This document shows, piece after piece, positions 56,611-64,000 of a DNA stretch of 64,000 nucleotides. Both the position numbers and the translations under genes were made by a program. This DNA is from an uncultured Candidatus Bathyarchaeia archaeon (GTDB taxonomy: Archaea > Thermoproteota > Bathyarchaeia > 40CM-2-53-6). Location of the stretch: assembly GCA_964601325.1 (NCBI GenBank), contig CAZRNA010000002.1:1454-65453 (forward strand), in the 5' to 3' direction. Below the pieces are notes generated by a model. The model did not search any database. It worked only from the letters and a program-made list of their open reading frames with translations, and was not told the DNA's origin. Numbering within the stretch: the stretch's first letter is position 1; each line of letters begins with the position of its first letter.

Positions 56611-57933
56611 TTGTTGAGTTCTGCCAAGAGCTCGTACGATAGGATCTTCGAGCTACTCGAGCAGCACCATAGCTGGTTCTCTGAGAGCATACCATTGATC
56701 GCGTCTGAGAACGTTCCTAGCCCCGCGGTCCGCGAAGCAATCGTCTCCGACTTTGGTAACCGTTACGCGGAAGGATGGGTTGGCGAACGAGTCTACGCAG
56801 GATGCGTGTACATCGACCAAGTCGAGCAGATCTGCATCGACCTAGCGAAGCAGCTTTTCCGTGCTGAATTCGTTGATGTTCGCCCCGTTTCCGGTGTCTG
56901 CTCCAACCTTGTCACTTACACAGCATTCACGAACCCTGGCGACGTGATGATGGCTTTAGCGATCCCAAGCGGCGGCCACATCTCTATGGGCAAGAAAGAC
57001 TTCAACGGAACCGCCGGCTGCGTCCACGGTCTAGACGTGGAATACTTCGTCTTCGACCGGAACGAGATGAACATCGACGTGGACAAGACGAAGCAGAGAG
57101 TTGAGAAATTAGGCAAGGACGGGAAGCGTCCGAAGCTCGCAACGTTCGGCGGCAGCCTATTCCTGTTTCCGCATCCGGTAAAGGAGCTGGCGGAGTATTT
57201 CCATGGAATCGGGACCACAGTTGCGTATGATGCCGCGCATGTTTCAGGTCTCATCGCTGGTGGACAGTTCCAGGACCCGCTCCGAGAAGGCGCGGATGTG
57301 ATGATGATGAGCACGCACAAGACGTTGTTCGGCCCTCAAGGCGGCACCGTGGTGTCGTGGGAGAAGTACGCGGAGCAAATCAAGAAGGCAACATTCCCCT
57401 CGAACACGAGCAATCATCACCTCCACACTGTCGCCGGGAAAGCCGTCGCATTCGCGGAGATGCTTGAGTTCGGTCGCGAATACGCATCCGAGATCGTCGC
57501 AAACGCTCAAGCGCTCGGCCAAGCCCTCTTTGAACGCGGACTGAACACGCTTGCGGAGAGCAAAGGGTTCACGAAGTCGCATCAACTCGCTGTCGACACG
57601 ACCAAGTACGGTCTCGGAGGAGACATCGAGAGGGCACTCGAAAAGGCGAACATAATCGTGAACAGGCAACTACTTCCCGGCGACATCCAAGCCAACCGGC
57701 ACTACCAAAACCCAGGCGGAATACGACTCGGCGTTTCAGAGATCACCCGCCTCGGCATGAAGAGATCACAGATGACCGAGATAGCCGAATTCATCAAGCG
57801 TGTGGTCGTTGACAAGGAACCTCCTGAACGAGTCAAGACTGATGTCGCGATGTTCCGCAAAGACTTCCAGAGAGTGCACTACGCCTTTGAGACCGCACGC
57901 GCAGCCTACGAATACATCAAGATCAGACAATGA
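56611..57933 (+). CDS. glyA: serine hydroxymethyltransferase (archaeal type)
   Basis: 440 aa with SHMT blocks (LIASEN, GYPGKRYYGG-like AEGWVGERVYAGC, the PLP-lysine region STHKTLFGPQGG). Confidence 0.85.
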   Translation: MLSSAKSSYDRIFELLEQHHSWFSESIPLIASENVPSPAVREAIVSDFGNRYAEGWVGERVYAGCVYIDQVEQICIDLAKQLFRAEFVDVRPVSGVCSNLVTYTAFTNPGDVMMALAIPSGGHISMGKKDFNGTAGCVHGLDVEYFVFDRNEMNIDVDKTKQRVEKLGKDGKRPKLATFGGSLFLFPHPVKELAEYFHGIGTTVAYDAAHVSGLIAGGQFQDPLREGADVMMMSTHKTLFGPQGGTVVSWEKYAEQIKKATFPSNTSNHHLHTVAGKAVAFAEMLEFGREYASEIVANAQALGQALFERGLNTLAESKGFTKSHQLAVDTTKYGLGGDIERALEKANIIVNRQLLPGDIQANRHYQNPGGIRLGVSEITRLGMKRSQMTEIAEFIKRVVVDKEPPERVKTDVAMFRKDFQRVHYAFETARAAYEYIKIRQ

Positions 57934-58158
57934 CGAAGAAGAACACCTAAGCAAACCTTTGGCGTGTCCTACTCTTCCAGGGTTCAAATTCGGACGCTCG
58001 CACGATGTGACCCACACACACAAATCAAACGAACGATGGTTCAAATCTGGACACCCGCACCAGCCTACGCACACACACAAAAACATCCAAGAACGACCAT
58101 TCCAATCGCGATAGTCGCCGCGTTTCCCTGAACCGGCAGCCATATGCCGTTTCTGACT

Positions 58159-58419
58159 TCAGAAGTATGGCGTTGCTAGCGTTATTGCCTCGTATCCGAC
58201 CTTCTTGATTAACGCCACAATCTCAGCCTCGTTGGTGACTTTCTCGTCATAGTCCACGAGAATCAGGTCTGTCATGTAGTTCGCTCCTACTGACTTGACG
58301 CCCTCGGCCTTCTCAAGCGCCCTACGAACGGGGAGGATGCAAGTCGAACAATGCACCCCCACGATTCTCAGTCTAGCTCTCTGCAAAGGGCATCCACATA
58401 GGACAAGGTGCGCAGCCAA
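58159..58419 (-). CDS. heavy-metal-associated (HMA) domain metallochaperone (CopZ-like)
   Basis: 86 aa with the HMA fold pattern and a Cys motif (VGVHCSTC) in place of the canonical MxCxxC. Confidence 0.5.
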   Translation of the reverse strand: MAAHLVLCGCPLQRARLRIVGVHCSTCILPVRRALEKAEGVKSVGANYMTDLILVDYDEKVTNEAEIVALIKKVGYEAITLATPYF

Positions 58420-58533
58420 GTACAGGCATATCCCCGCTCATTAGATCATCAGAACTCCGGACCAGAGGCCCACGCTTCAAGACTTTTGTTGCAGAACTCA
58501 CTCCAGCACCTCGCCTTCATTGATTCAGCGCTC

Positions 58534-61002
58534 CTACAATCCAAGCTTTCTGAACACGTAGTACTTCGGAAAATCCAAACTAAATGTGAGTGCTCCTGAG
58601 AATACCAGGATGAATAAGACCTCGTACGCCGTAAGCGGCGGCACAATGATACCATACACGCCTAAGAGCGCAAACCCGAGTACTGTGGCCACGGTCGCTA
58701 CAAGCAATTCCCTGCCAGGTCGTGAGGACCAGCAGCGTCTTCTCTCCCGGGCGATGTACGGCCTAAATTGACTTGTGAATACGAGCATCAACATTACGAA
58801 GCTCTGAAGTCCTCCCCCTTTCAGTCCGAAGTATTCTATGCCGATCCAAACCGCAAACGTGCCTCCCGCAACCAGTAGGAGGCCTATTACAAGGGACGCC
58901 AAGGTAATGTTCTTCACATTCCAAAGGTTCGGGCTACTCGTGTACTTCACGTTGTCAGTTGCGAGCGACATTGTAACGAAGTCGTTTGCAAATACTACCA
59001 GAACCATGCCCAAGACAGAAACCAAGGCACTTTGCAACCAGAAATAGCCCAGCACGAGCAAGCCCACAAACTGTACGACCTTCGTGACCTTGTTTATCAC
59101 CCACGTAAGCATTCGTTGGTAGATCTGCCTGCTTGTCTTTATCGCTTCGATTATCTGGTGCGTGCCTGGTTCGGTCAGGACTATGCTCGCAGAGGCTTTT
59201 GCTACGTCTGTTGAGTCGCTTACCGCTATGCCGACTTCTGCCTGCTTCAGGGCCGGTGCATCGTTCACCCCGTCTCCTGTCATTCCAACTATGTGCCCTC
59301 GCGATTGCAGAAGCTTGACGATTCTGTACTTGTCTTCTGGGTATATCTCAGCAAACCCATCATTCTCATTGAGGATCCTTACTTGATCTGTTTCGCTCAG
59401 GGCAGAAAGATTCGTCATTCGGTACATCTTGTCGCCAATTGATACTTGGTGAGCTATCTCCTTAGCAACAGCGATATTGTCGCCTGTGAGCATCTTAGGC
59501 TTCACACCCAGCGTCTTCAACTCTAGTATCATAGTCTTCGAGTCTGGTCTAGGCGGATCAGCCAACGGTAACAAACCCACAAGCCGAAAGTTGTCTAGGG
59601 CCTCGCTTTCTGATGTGGCGACTGCTATTGTTCTGTATCCCTTCATAGACAGCGCCTCTACGGTCTCGTTTGCTTGAGTTCGAGTTTCTTCGCTCATCGG
59701 GCGGCAGAATGAGATTATGACCTGGGGTGCGCCTTTCGTGACTTTGAAGCGCTCTCCTCTCCCGTCGATTGTTGCTTCTGATCTTTTGGTTGCGGGCTCG
59801 AAAGGAGTGAACGAAACCTGCCTGTAGGCACTCGAATCTATCCCGGCGGCTCTCGCATATTCGATTATTGTGAGGTCTATCACATCTTTGGTTTCCTCTC
59901 TAGACGCCAAGCTTGCCAAGAGAGCCACGTCATTTTTCCCGAATCCTTGGAACGATATCGGGTCACTGACGGACAGCTTGTTCTGTGTGATAGTACCTGT
60001 CTTGTCTAGGCAGAGTAGATCCATCGATGCTGCGTCTTCAATGGAATCGAGTCTGGTTACAAGCGCTCCCTTCCTGGCGAGTTCCATTGCTCCTACGGAC
60101 AGAACCACAGCGAAAACGGCAGGCAGCGCGACTGGGACTGCGCCCAAAAGAAAAGTCAACGCAAGGTCTAGCATTGACAAGATGTCCGCGTGCACTAGCG
60201 TCGCGTCGGCCACAACGATGATCAGCGCCGCCAAGCTCATGTACATGCTGTACTTGACGACGGCCATCATTATTTGCTCTTGATGCGAGACTGGTTTAGC
60301 CATCCTGACCAGTTCAGCCGTCTTGCCAAAGTATGTGTTCGCTCCTGTGTTGACCACGATGCACTTGGCTTCTCCGCGCTTTACCACAGAGCTTGAGTAG
60401 ACAATTCCTGACTCACGGACGGTTACCGGAAGAGATTCGCCTGTGAGGGCTGACTGATCGACAGTAACTTCCCCGTCACCCAGAAGCTTAGCATCCGCTG
60501 GTGCCAAATCACCGAGCCCAATACCGATCATGTCCCCTGGTACCAGCTCTCTGGCGTCTCGCACGACCCATTGGCCGTCTCGTAGAACCCTTGCCTTGAC
60601 CGCTAGTCTCTTCTTCAGAAGGCCTAAGGCTTTCCGCGAACTGCGCGTATGCAGGAACCCTATGGTGGCATTGATGGTAAGCAGTGCGAAGACTATCACT
60701 AGTTCTAGATAGTGGCCTAGAATGTAGGAAAGCGCCATTGCTGATTCCAAAAGCCATGGCATGGGACCCCAGTAATGCGACAAGAAGTCGAGGGCAGGAT
60801 TCTTCTGCTTCTCCACAACCTGATTGCGTCCGAATCTGTCAATGCGCTCCTGGGCTTCAGTTTCCGTAAGGCCGTTCGGAGAGGTCTCCAGTAGCCTAAT
60901 CGTTTCTTCGACTGAGATTTTCCTGTATTCATTTGTGCTTCTAGGGTTCACGAGCAGCACAACCTCCTGACTGAATCCGGTTCGAGAGAGGCCCGGCTCC
61001 AC
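58534..61002 (-). CDS. P3A-type plasma-membrane H+-transporting P-type ATPase
   Basis: 822 aa with the phosphorylation site CLDKTGTITQNKL, and MTGDGVNDAPALKQAEVGIAVSDSTDVAKASASIVLTEPG, which is highly characteristic of AHA/PMA-type proton pumps. There are 10 TM segments and TGES. Confidence 0.8.
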   Translation of the reverse strand: MEPGLSRTGFSQEVVLLVNPRSTNEYRKISVEETIRLLETSPNGLTETEAQERIDRFGRNQVVEKQKNPALDFLSHYWGPMPWLLESAMALSYILGHYLELVIVFALLTINATIGFLHTRSSRKALGLLKKRLAVKARVLRDGQWVVRDARELVPGDMIGIGLGDLAPADAKLLGDGEVTVDQSALTGESLPVTVRESGIVYSSSVVKRGEAKCIVVNTGANTYFGKTAELVRMAKPVSHQEQIMMAVVKYSMYMSLAALIIVVADATLVHADILSMLDLALTFLLGAVPVALPAVFAVVLSVGAMELARKGALVTRLDSIEDAASMDLLCLDKTGTITQNKLSVSDPISFQGFGKNDVALLASLASREETKDVIDLTIIEYARAAGIDSSAYRQVSFTPFEPATKRSEATIDGRGERFKVTKGAPQVIISFCRPMSEETRTQANETVEALSMKGYRTIAVATSESEALDNFRLVGLLPLADPPRPDSKTMILELKTLGVKPKMLTGDNIAVAKEIAHQVSIGDKMYRMTNLSALSETDQVRILNENDGFAEIYPEDKYRIVKLLQSRGHIVGMTGDGVNDAPALKQAEVGIAVSDSTDVAKASASIVLTEPGTHQIIEAIKTSRQIYQRMLTWVINKVTKVVQFVGLLVLGYFWLQSALVSVLGMVLVVFANDFVTMSLATDNVKYTSSPNLWNVKNITLASLVIGLLLVAGGTFAVWIGIEYFGLKGGGLQSFVMLMLVFTSQFRPYIARERRRCWSSRPGRELLVATVATVLGFALLGVYGIIVPPLTAYEVLFILVFSGALTFSLDFPKYYVFRKLGL

Positions 61003-61385
61003 AGGTTCCTTCCTAGTCCGAGTCTATCAATCATCCAGCGGGCTTCAGTATCTTCTTTGCGTATGTCAAGACGTCGGCTGGATGCGACCATGCATGACGG
61101 AGCGCCTCGTGGAATTCGGCCAATTCTAAAGCTCTTTTCAGTTTCATTTCCCACCTTAGCGCGCACAATGAGTAAGCAAGCATAGTGGAGTCGGCCTATC
61201 CTTGCATTCCCCTGTTCATTCTGGACTTGCCTAGACGTTTTATCAGCAACGAGTTGTTCTCCATCAGGTCTGTCGCTGTTATGATGCCAACGAGCTCAGT
61301 CCCAGGAACTATTGGAATCCGCCTGATCCTGTGCGTAGCCACTTAACATGAGCATCTCTGTTCTTGACGTGTTTGGGCATGAATC

Positions 61386-62771
61386 TCAGTCGCCCACAAT
61401 CTCAGGTGCTGTGCGGGCGCCCTCTGGTGCGGCTTGGTCGACGAAGGTTCTCAACATCTGAACGAACCTCTGAACATCCGCTTCATTGCTTGCGATTCCA
61501 AGGGAAGCACGAATGGCTCCTACCGGCTTGTCATCCATACACGCAGAGAACTGCTGCAGCGAAAACTCTTCCGGAGACAGCAGGTCGAAGCATCTGTACG
61601 CCTGTACCGCAGCATAACCAAAGGCAAACTCAGACGCCCCCGGGTTGCAGAAGCAACCGGTCCGGATTGAAATGTTCTCTTCAATCGCTTTCTTCTCCAC
61701 TAGCCTGTAGTCAATCACACTTCCGTGGATGTCAAGCAGATTGAATGCAATTGCCCCGCCGCGATTCTGAATCGACCGCGGTCCATAAATCCTGAGCAAG
61801 GGATCACCGTTACTGTGCTTGAGCCCCTGCAGCTCAGTCAGGAGAAGTTGAGTGAGCTCTGTAACATGCTGGTTAATCGTATTGATTCCAACTCGATCTA
61901 GGAAGTCCAGCCCATCAGGTATCGCTGGAATGCTTAGGTAGTTCAGGGTACCATCCTCAAATGCTCCGCTCGTATTGGTGAGCACATGAACCCTATTCTG
62001 AGCCGAAACGAAACGGACCGTTCCACCTGAAAACCATGGTCGCCGCAGCTTTTGCAAAGCCACTTTCCGTGCAATTAGCGCTCCGACCCCCGTGGGGAAA
62101 CCAAACATCTTGTAGAACGAGACGCAGACAAAGTCAGGCTTGACAGACCGCAAGCTCAGCTTACTCGTAGGCACAAATGCCGCCGCATCAAGCAGCACAT
62201 CGTAGCCTCTGGAATGAGCCAGTTCAACCCAACTAAGCGGATGCTTAGCGCCGGAAAAATTGGATTGCGGAGGATAGGCAAACAGGTTATCCTTCGATTC
62301 ATCAGTCTCGGGCAACAAACGTTCCAGATTGTCTACGCGTAGGTCAGAATCTAGTGGAACGTATTCGACAGATGCACCCTTGACCTTAGCGAACTCGCGA
62401 ATCCCATTAACCGAGTTATGATTATCCGCCGTCAGTGAGAAACGCGATCCTGACTCGAAAGGAAAGCTCTCTCCCACAATTTTGAGCGCTGCGCTGGAAT
62501 TCAATACAAACACGACCTGGTACTCGTCTGGGTCGGCGTCAAAGAACATGAGAACGCGATTACGGGCCGCCTCGATCTTTCTAGTCGTGGCTATTGATGC
62601 CGGACTGTGTGAATGTGGATTCCCAGATATCTCTTTCAACAGCATGCCTGAATGAATGCGAACGAGCGATTCGGGATACAGGCCCGCCCCTGTGTAGTCT
62701 AGGTAATCATGACCACTTGCGTCGAGTCTTGAAAACTCAAGCCGCCGCAATTCTTCCATTGCGGTGTCCAT
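61386..62771 (-). CDS. class-V-fold PLP-dependent enzyme, MoCo-sulfurase N-terminal-domain-like (NifS/cysteine-desulfurase-like)
   Basis: 461 aa. YLDYTGAGLY (compare YLDHAGATLY of MOCOS), the PLP-Lys context (SFYKMFGFPTGVGAL) and ...RTGCFCNPGA are typical of the MOCOS/ABA3 N-terminal domain. Confidence 0.6.
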   Translation of the reverse strand: MDTAMEELRRLEFSRLDASGHDYLDYTGAGLYPESLVRIHSGMLLKEISGNPHSHSPASIATTRKIEAARNRVLMFFDADPDEYQVVFVLNSSAALKIVGESFPFESGSRFSLTADNHNSVNGIREFAKVKGASVEYVPLDSDLRVDNLERLLPETDESKDNLFAYPPQSNFSGAKHPLSWVELAHSRGYDVLLDAAAFVPTSKLSLRSVKPDFVCVSFYKMFGFPTGVGALIARKVALQKLRRPWFSGGTVRFVSAQNRVHVLTNTSGAFEDGTLNYLSIPAIPDGLDFLDRVGINTINQHVTELTQLLLTELQGLKHSNGDPLLRIYGPRSIQNRGGAIAFNLLDIHGSVIDYRLVEKKAIEENISIRTGCFCNPGASEFAFGYAAVQAYRCFDLLSPEEFSLQQFSACMDDKPVGAIRASLGIASNEADVQRFVQMLRTFVDQAAPEGARTAPEIVGD

Positions 62772-62887
62772 GCAGTTCGGGGATTCATTCAGCGTATAAA
62801 CGTCTTTCCGACAGGACTCGGTTGGCTATTTCGCCCGCACCAAGGTCTTCTGCGCGAGACTAAGAAAACCCAGCTAGCTGGCAGGCT

Positions 62888-63469
62888 GTGTGGGTTCAAT
62901 TCAGTCTCTTCATTTGGAGTGTTGGACCGAAAAACCTTATCGAGTTGGTTCTTCCAAGAACGGGGTCATTACCTACAGCTGCCCGAACCGAGGAACATGC
63001 CATGTCCAAAAAAGCCTTCCAAGACTACTACCCTGATCAGTTCGCTCAATGTTATGGCTGTGGACGACTGAATGAGCGCGGCCTGCAGATCAAGAGCTAC
63101 TGGGAGGGAAACGAGGCCGTGTGTATTTTTCATCCGAAGCCTTACCATACGTCTATTCCCGGGTATGTCTATGGCGGCCTGATTGCGTCGCTAATCGACT
63201 GCCACTCCACAGGCACGGCGGCCGCCGCCATGTATCGCCACGAAGGGCGTGGAATGAACACCGAACCGCCCTTGCGGTTTCTCACCGCTTCCCTGAAAGT
63301 GGACTACTTACGCCCTACGCCCATCGAGGGGCCCCTAGAGGTGCGAGCGACCGTCAAGGAAATCAAGGGCCGGAAGGTCGTCATCCTATCTACGCTCTCC
63401 GCGCGTGGCGAGGTCTGCGCCCGCGGAGAGGTGATTGCAGTGCAAGTGCCTGAGCATCTTGTGAAGTAA
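62888..63469 (+). CDS. hotdog-fold thioesterase (PaaI/YbgC-like); likely start at the internal Met (~63002)
   Basis: The C-terminal 150 aa have the PaaI-type pattern (GYVYGGLIASLID...). The N-terminal ~38 residues of the track ORF look non-coding. Confidence 0.5.
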   Translation: MWVQFSLFIWSVGPKNLIELVLPRTGSLPTAARTEEHAMSKKAFQDYYPDQFAQCYGCGRLNERGLQIKSYWEGNEAVCIFHPKPYHTSIPGYVYGGLIASLIDCHSTGTAAAAMYRHEGRGMNTEPPLRFLTASLKVDYLRPTPIEGPLEVRATVKEIKGRKVVILSTLSARGEVCARGEVIAVQVPEHLVK

Positions 63470-63582
63470 CACCGCCAAGCCTCGAAGAGGAAGCCCCGGG
63501 ACTCCATCATGATTACAAAGACATCGCAGGTCACAGCTCATCGTGCGTCGACGCTTGTTGAAACGTCTGAGATGTCAACTAT

Positions 63583-63966
63583 TCAGGATCTGGCAGACAG
63601 GATCTCAGTGATTCTGGAGACCACTACCCCTTCTTCTCCGTCGCATAAGCACTGGGGATTGAGGTATAGCCTATTGCCCATAACGTAGGCAAAGATCGGC
63701 GGATCACCCTTGAGGAGTTTTCTGGAAACCTCCTCGCCGGTCATGCCGTTGTGGAACTCAAGCTCAACTCTAGGGATGGACGCTGGTCTTGGATGACCAT
63801 GCCTCGGAAGGATGCTATTCACTTTTACGCCGCTGCACTTTGACAATTCCGATATCATGTAGCGGATCTTCTTCTCCCATCCGTCGTACCTGCGAGCATG
63901 GTCGGTGCGAAAGTATCTTCGCAGAGCGGCTACGACCGCGAGGATATCTTCTTTGCTTGTTTTCAT
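63583..63966 (-). CDS. hypothetical protein
   Basis: 127-aa ORF at the window end. No confident family assignment. Confidence 0.3.
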   Translation of the reverse strand: MKTSKEDILAVVAALRRYFRTDHARRYDGWEKKIRYMISELSKCSGVKVNSILPRHGHPRPASIPRVELEFHNGMTGEEVSRKLLKGDPPIFAYVMGNRLYLNPQCLCDGEEGVVVSRITEILSARS

Positions 63967-64000
63967 GGGCCTTCCGATGTAGTCTCTGGGCTTTGAGTTG

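Noticed and set aside
57960-58100. Possible tRNA gene suggested by GGTTCAAAT T-loop-like motifs
   Set aside because: No acceptor-stem complement or anticodon arm could be assembled upstream of either copy. It is reported as a repeat or tRNA-fragment finding rather than an RNA gene.
1-64000. CRISPR arrays, rRNA genes, integrases/recombinases, Cas genes
   Set aside because: No regularly spaced direct repeats, rRNA-like conserved stretches, or integrase or Cas protein signatures were seen on either strand.

Overview
This 64-kb window reads as an archaeal chromosomal segment. Several genes are typically archaeal: pyruvoyl-dependent arginine decarboxylase (pdaD), ADP-forming acetyl-CoA synthetase with the beta subunit ahead of alpha, a TrpB2-type tryptophan synthase beta, an archaeal serine hydroxymethyltransferase, Dpo4-like polymerase IV, a TrmB-family regulator, and a plasma-membrane-type H+ P-type ATPase. 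TATA-like promoters and oligo-T terminators fit this. Coding density is high, about 60 plausible genes on both strands. I found no rRNA, no complete tRNA and no CRISPR array.

Themes:
- Duplicated carbohydrate module. Two paralogous N-terminal-CBS-pair + GT4 glycosyltransferases are present (about 85% identical over conserved blocks). There are two paralogous GH130 (DUF377) beta-mannoside-phosphorylase-like genes. A HAD-IIB sugar-phosphate phosphatase lies directly downstream of one GT4, next to an ATP-phosphofructokinase and a CBS-pair protein. I read this as a nucleotide/ionic-strength-regulated glycoside (compatible-solute-like) synthesis and recycling unit.
- Dense ion-homeostasis content. 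There is a CPA2 antiporter, an NhaP-type Na+/H+ antiporter flanked by an intact and a decayed copy of a [membrane protein + wHTH] pair, an ArsB/NhaD permease, a ClC channel with CBS tail, two P-type ATPases (one frameshifted, one P3A H+-type) and an HMA chaperone.
- Large sensor kinase. A 1718-aa multi-PAS/GAF histidine kinase is translationally coupled to a stand-alone receiver and a small upstream ORF.
- Mobile and defence-like elements. There is a solo TnpB (IS605/IS1341-type) element, a RelE/RHH toxin-antitoxin pair next to a frameshifted gene, and an HNH endonuclease with small zinc-ribbon ORFs.
- Oddities. Three genes (both GH130 copies and an IMPase/FBPase) have homology-supported N-termini with no ATG/GTG/TTG, each beginning at a CTG. 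The IMPase frame follows in-frame after the TAG stop of the upstream ACT-domain regulator gene. A soluble protein is built of three tandem cation-efflux (CDF) C-terminal domains. An EF-Tu-like protein has a degenerate P-loop. Two tandem ~60-nt repeats carry a tRNA T-arm-like GGTTCAAAT motif.

Base-level reading by eye is error-prone, and I noticed at least one place near 35040 where my reading disagreed with the ORF track. Coordinates follow the ORF track wherever possible.
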